A stretch of 63,286 bases of DNA, counting the filler, from Kipferlia bialata (Eukaryota), in NCBI GenBank assembly GCA_003568945.1. It is 5 parts of 5 records of this genome, joined end to end, with 100 filler letters (N's around TTAATTAATTAA, not from the genome) between each part and the next. Parts side by side here need not be neighbours in the genome. Positions count along the whole stretch, not along the records: positions 47,876 to 60,121 come from BDIP01000662.1; positions 60,222 to 63,286 come from BDIP01000717.1; 3 more parts are not named here. One strand, written 5' to 3'. The notes under the pieces were generated by a model. It made no database searches and was not told the DNA's origin. It saw only the letters and a program-made list of their open reading frames with translations. Shown here piece by piece: positions 57,420 to 63,286 of the stretch. The position numbers and the translations under genes were made by a program. Each line of letters begins with the position of its first letter. Position 1 is the stretch's first letter.

Positions 57420-58280
57420 AAGAGGGAGGGAGGACATGTCCCAGGAGCCATTGAGGACACAACTGGAGTCAGAAGGTGAGAGCGAGTATGCTTATATATA
57501 TAAATACAGAGAAAGAGAGAGAAAGAAAGGGCTAGGTACCTCCCAGGAGGCATCAAGAACACCCCTAAATCAGCTACTCAAAATATAAACATATACATAG
57601 AGATAACACTCACGTGTCTGTGGGACATGTCAGGGTAGAGAGAGAGCGCGCAAGGGAGACAGATATGCATAAGAGTATATATATATATGTATCTAGAGAG
57701 AGGGAGAGATACTCACGTGTCTGTGGGGCATGTGTGGGCAGCAGTGTTGTCTGGGGTGAACAGGTCCTGAGGGTAAGTATACATTCCTACACACACACAC
57801 ATAAATATATATATATACGGAGTGAGAGAGAGAGAGAGACAGTAGTCCAGAACATGTCATGAGTATGGTAACTCTCAAATTTGTTCACATACCGAACCGG
57901 TTCGGTATCTTCACATACTATGCAAATCACAGTGTATATCATACGTCATACCTGCCCATCGTGCATGACTACCAAGTGTATATATATATATATGTATATA
58001 TACTAATAGTTTACAGTATACTACATACTATACACACAGGAGTATATGCAATATATGTATAATATATACACGGTACCTGTCCATCGTGCATGACTATCAA
58101 GTGCCTGGCCACAGCATATGGGTTGGCAAGGAGAAGAGGGGGGAGGTACACGCTGCAGTGAGTATACACTATGTATGTGTATGCGTATATATACATATGT
58201 GTGTGTGTGTGTATACAAATATATATTTGTATATATATATGAGCTGCACAGGAGCAGGGGGGAGATAGACGCTGAATACC

Positions 58281-58316
<36 letters not shown>

Positions 58317-60012
58317 AATCAGAGTCGGGAGATATATACTGCAGTGAGTGGAACTGGCATGAGAGAATGAGTACTCATACACTGAATGCATAGAGATACA
58401 GGACGGTAGAGTGACGTACTTGTAGTGCCTGTCGTTGCCGAGCTCAGGTGAGTGGATGGGTGTGGAGGAGTAGAACCACTCTCCCTCTGGGGGTGAGACA
58501 GGCACTCACACATGCTATATCTAGGCATAATGTATATATAGGTATATACAACTGGAGAGTATATACATATATATGTATCTCAGGGATCTCCCTCTGAGGG
58601 TGAGAGAGTGCACCCACATATTCTCACAGGTAAAGTTGAGAAAGGCATTGAATATTGTGTATGTGTACTTACCTATCCCAGCCTCCCTCCAGTATGGTGT
58701 GACAGTGGCTGTGTCCACACGTATACTTATATAATTGCTTTGTATATTATGATAATTATTGATATTGATATGGATATATATCTATACCTATCCCATCCTG
58801 TCTCCAGTATGGGGTGACTGTGGCCCCACATGTATATATGCTTCATGTGTCTATTATATATCATTGTGTATGTATATCCATACATACATACCTATTCCAT
58901 CCTGCCTCCAGTATGGTGTGACTGTGGCTGTATCCACACCCTCCTCCACCAGCATGTTGTGACCGGTGCAGGCCTCGGTCCTGACATTAATAGAAGCACA
59001 TACTATATAGTACTATATGGTACTACATAGTATATATATAGTATATAGAGTGTAGAGTAGAAGTGATTCCACACCCCGTGACCGGTACAGGCCTGGGTCC
59101 TAGTATCAGTGCAGTGTAATGCTATCTGTACATATATATATATCTATATTATTGGGGGGAATGGACTAGTATCTCAAATATACTCCCCCTCTCTCTCACT
59201 ACCATATATATACGTATGGTACATGTGTCTCTATGTACCTGGTTGAGTGTCCCTCTGATCAAGATATTAACCATACCTATGTTATGCAGTATATGGTTAA
59301 ACTTACTATATATACACAAATAGTATATACACATAGTGTATCTATGTACCTGGTTGAGTGTCCCTCTGTAGCACGGGTGGTAATCTTGACCTGGGTATCA
59401 GTGCATGCAAAGAGACATTTTCCATTTTCACAAAATCAAAAATACATTCATATATGTACATGTATGTAAATCGTATTCAATAGTAATAAACACATGCTCA
59501 GAGGAGATTTGGACTAAGGTATATTCAGATAGACAACAGAGGACATATATACTACCATACCTCAAGACCCTTTGGGGTTGGGGAGTCTCTCTCTCTATAG
59601 TGTTATACATCATACTATATACAGTATATACATATACCCATGTATATATATACTACCATACCTCAAGACCCTTTGGTGTTGGGGTAGTGCCACTGACAGT
59701 AACCGTCCTGGTATGTGAGAGAGCACACCATAAAGATATATTGAGATGCCGAAGGACTACTAGAGAGGTGGGGGGGGGAGTAAGAGAGTGTGTGAGTGAG
59801 ATATAGCATACACAGTATACTGAACCCACCATGTGTTATTGTCTCTCTTTGTCATGGGCATGGGGGGCTTCCAATACTCTTCATTTGTATAGACCCCATA
59901 CTATATAGCATGTATATATATGAATATACACACCATGCATACATACCATGTATCCTTGTCTGTCTTAGTCATGGGCATGGGGGTCTTCCATCCGAGGGGG
60001 GAGACACCGCCT
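54361..60012 (-). CDS. Alpha/beta-hydrolase, bacterial putative-esterase-like (5' truncated)
   Basis: HSPELGNDR...VYLPP...LIVMHDGQDLF...W...DDRTNEYT...GGMGDRYLSFI...LIGSDLGGLISCY...GAMSS...KIYLSAGT...EEGHDVEDWASRV...FMFH*. An N-terminal segment (SPLGW...DTWTVTV) resembles a starch-binding-type module. Confidence 0.82.
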
Positions 60013-60121
60013 GGGATAAGGGGGGAGAGAGAGAGAGAGAGAGAATGCTCTTCCACAAGACGGGGGGAGACACCACCTGGGAGAAAGAGGGTAGGGTTTT
60101 TACATCTATAAAGCGGGGGGG

Positions 60122-60221
60122 NNNNNNNNNNNNNNNNNNNNNNNNNNNNNNNNNNNNNNNNNNNNTTAATTAATTAANNNNNNNNNNNNNNNNNNNNNNN
60201 NNNNNNNNNNNNNNNNNNNNN
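60122..60221. other. Artificial contig linker
   Basis: 44 N + TTAATTAATTAA + 44 N. Confidence 0.98.
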
Positions 60222-60619
60222 CCCCCCCCTTTTTTTCCCCCCCCCCCCCCCCCCCCCCCCCCCTTCTTCCATCAATTGAAAGGGTAGGGTGATTAGGCGT
60301 ATAGTCATCTTTGTCCACTCTAAGTCAGGGGGACTGTATATCATATGCGCTGTATATGAGAGGGATACTCTACATACTTACATACACGCTCTATTGAGTT
60401 GTAGTCTGTGCCATTGCACCTATATCATATGCCTTCCCTATAATCGTTTTCTGGATCTATCTCTGGCGTAAGCGTCTTAACACCATGTTTGACAAGACAA
60501 GGCTGTATCATCTTTTCCTATGTCTCTCTACTATTTAGGTTAGTATCCTGATGCTTTGGATTTAAGAGTTGCAATCACAGTCACGACCTTGCTAACCCCA
60601 AGGTGTGTAGCACTTCCAA

Positions 60620-62125
60620 ATGCCAATAGGCCCGACAGACCCAGGAAAGAGGGAGAGGAGAGAGGAGGATGGGGGGAGTGAGTGTGAGAAACCCTCTAAG
60701 AGGAGGCAGGAGGGAGAGGGGGCTGGGCATGAGGAGGAGGAGGGGGTGAAGGCCGAGTACCCCCCACTGTTCCAGCTGGCACATGTCTCTGGACATGCCT
60801 CAGGGGGTATCGGGACATGCAAGGTGGTGCCACCCAGTGTGCTGGAGGGTGTGAAGGAGGAGTCTGCATCCGTCTGTGAGCAGAGAGAGGACACAGGAGG
60901 GCACAGTCCACATGCGTCAGTGTCACCTGTCTCAAGCGAGAGAGAGAGAGACCTGGAGAGGCTGTTGCAAGAGAGTGAGGAGAGGTTTAGGGGTAAACAG
61001 CTGGAGTGCGATATCCTGAGGCAGGAGCTCCTTGACACCTCTCGCATCCTCGAAGGCTCAAGGAGGGGACGGGAGAGAGACGCAGAGATCTGGAAGAAGG
61101 AACGTGCACACGACGAGGAATTACTAATCTCGGATATATACAGGGAGAAGAGCAGGACTGCAGAGCTGACCTGGACACTAGAGGCGTGGGAACAGTTCTA
61201 TGACAGCCAACCCAAGCGCGATGATTGTGTATCGCTGAGGGAGGCCGCGAGGACCCACCGTTTCAAGTACTGTGTTCCCCTTCGGATCCCGTGCTCCAAG
61301 GACTCCCACTGCTCCGGGACCATACACTGGCCTGATGGGGGGACGACAGGTAGGGACTCACTACTTCTCCTGAGTATCCTCTCTCTCTTGCTTCTTGTAC
61401 CAACACTAGGGCTGGACACTCAGACCCTGAGTCAGAGTGTGTCTGACGAAGTGGAGCAGCCGTGTTGTGACGTATGCAAAGGGCGCATCACTGAAGCGGA
61501 AGGGGTCGCTGCGATGAGCTCCCACTTACACAGGCTGCAGTCCATACACCATTCCGGGCTCTACTATTGCATGGAACCGACATGCACCCTTCACATCGGG
61601 ACGTCTGCCCTCTCCGGTCTCGTCACTGCGTCTCCCAGAGTGTACAAGGACATGATGAGACAGCTTCGGGCAAAGAGGCAAGTCAGGTTGGGGACAGCCA
61701 CACCCTTTCTCTCCAGCTGTCCAATCCGTGGGTGTCAAGGATATCTCATGAGCATCTTGCCTCCTATCGTCATGCGCGAACAACTCCTCTACCTCAGGTA
61801 CCGCTGTGCTGCTTCACTCATCAGTCATCCGTTATATAGGCCTTATGCATATTGGCTTCATCAGCAATATTTGTTACTATAATGAATATTAGTCAATCAT
61901 ATGTGTATTGCACTCTCTAGTTAGTTGGCGGACTCATTGTCTCACAATAGGGATGCCATGTTTTACAACCCTGCACTAGACGCCGTAGAGGAGGATCAGA
62001 TGGGTGACTCTAGGTGTATTCTTAGAGCTATGAGTAGGGAAGTCAGGAAGGTCATGGAGGAGTACGAAGAGCTATTCGAGGAAACGGATGATGTTACAGC
62101 ACGATACCTGGGGAGACAGTTCTGA
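60620..62125 (+). CDS. Hypothetical protein with coiled coil and Cys-rich (RING/IBR-like) motifs
   Basis: A 420-codon ORF with CCDVC, YCMEPTC and SCPIRGCQG. A phase-2 intron (61798-61950) joins a last exon ending at 62125. Confidence 0.6.
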
Positions 62126-63286
62126 TTATGCCTCCTCGGGAGATACTAGCACTACAACAGCAGTAAATTTGAGTTATTCTTCGGTAGGTTAAGTAATACT
62201 AAATGAGAAGCCGTGTAAGACACTCTGACGGTTGCACACGGAGGGATCGCAGCATGTGAGTCGACACAACAATATTTGTAACGATTCGGCTTGTATACGA
62301 CTCCCACTCATACCGATAGCACTAATACTGATAGTCTATTAAGCACTATGGACTCCATAGTATGGAGACTAAATACCTCTATCTACGCCAGCTTGCCCCA
62401 CCCGCACATACACAACCACGAACCATGTGAAGAGGCACCCAAAAGGCTCGTAGTAGTATGCTATCTCACACATAATGCGGGGTGGGTGCTCAATAGCAGA
62501 GCTGTGGTAGCCACCGAACACCTAAAAAGCTTCGCTAGCGACTCATTGCCTAGTGAGAGAGAAGGGCGCATAGGAGTGGAGACTGACTACTTTGTTGTTG
62601 CCCATGGGGAAAAGACTCTTGACATAGCCCCAGGGTCGCCAGGGTCAATCGTCACTAAGACCCTCACTGGCAACTGAAACTTGACCGCCACTGTACTAAA
62701 AGTCCCCATGAATCCCTAAAGACCGACTAAACTAGTACTCTAGTCTGGCATGAATCCACTCAGACACCCGTCCTCACGGGGGCTGAGGTAGACAACATGG
62801 GAGTCTACCCCGGTGTCCCAGTCCCCCCCTTGGGAGCCACCTTCTCCCCTCTGTTGGGTGGGACAGATACACTCACAGGTGAGCATAGCATGGGGCTAGA
62901 CATGATTTCAAGATACACTACTGCCAGTGGTGCCTACCGAGTGGTACAGAACTAGCCAGTGCTCTGTGCCGGGTGTCACACATAGTGTGGAAGGAGAGGG
63001 GATAGGACCCCGGATACAAGGTTTGAACTCTTTGTGTTTGTGGAGAGTGGGAGGTAACGGTCGACAGAGACTGTCTCTGTCGTAGAGACATAAATAATTA
63101 CCCATAGGTCCCAGTCTGGGATTCCCAGAGAGACAACACAGAGAATTAAGCTTAGAGTCATGAACAAAAACATAATCCTCCGAAGTCTCTTATACATCCC
63201 CTATTTGTGTGGTGTTTTGGGTGTCTTAAAGGTGAGACGGGCTAAGGTATAAATAAACCTAGGCCGTAGCTCCTTGCTGTCTATTA

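Larger units (their letters stand above)
49980..60080. repeat. Intronic exon-edge echo copies in the 7TM and esterase genes
   Basis: Examples: cagtctgagatcctccc x3 (49978-50130); gtgccccagtcccaggta x3 (53519-53831); ccttgtaagtctcgtatgcctc-like x5 (54788-55255). Confidence 0.9.

Overview
Eukaryotic, intron-rich protist DNA. It consists of five unrelated contigs joined by 100-nt artificial linkers (44 N + TTAATTAATTAA + 44 N). Gene style, flagellar genes, branchpoint-next-to-AG introns and bacterial-like enzymes suggest a free-living fornicate such as Kipferlia; this is inference, not verified. Contig 1 holds a giant F-box/LRR-like gene, Rab GDI, a SHIPPO/ODF3 repeat gene head-to-head with ZMYND10, and a frameshifted fragment. 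Contig 2 holds an HD-domain protein, a CUB-like/Cys-rich membrane protein, a phytoene-desaturase-like FAD enzyme, a Kelch/coiled-coil protein and an RNase III with a TQT-motif tail. Contig 3 is one huge multi-exon gene resembling Mediator MED14. Contig 4 holds a Snf7-family gene, a cAR/GCR1-like 7TM receptor and an esterase-fold protein with Asp at the nucleophile position. Contig 5 holds a Cys-rich hypothetical gene. The most striking signal is in contigs 3-4. Most introns there carry 1-5 tandem 'echo' copies of the adjacent exon edge together with its splice site. In the clearest pairs I aligned by hand, the echoes differ from the real exon mostly at synonymous positions. All gene models were spliced by eye, so their limits are approximate.
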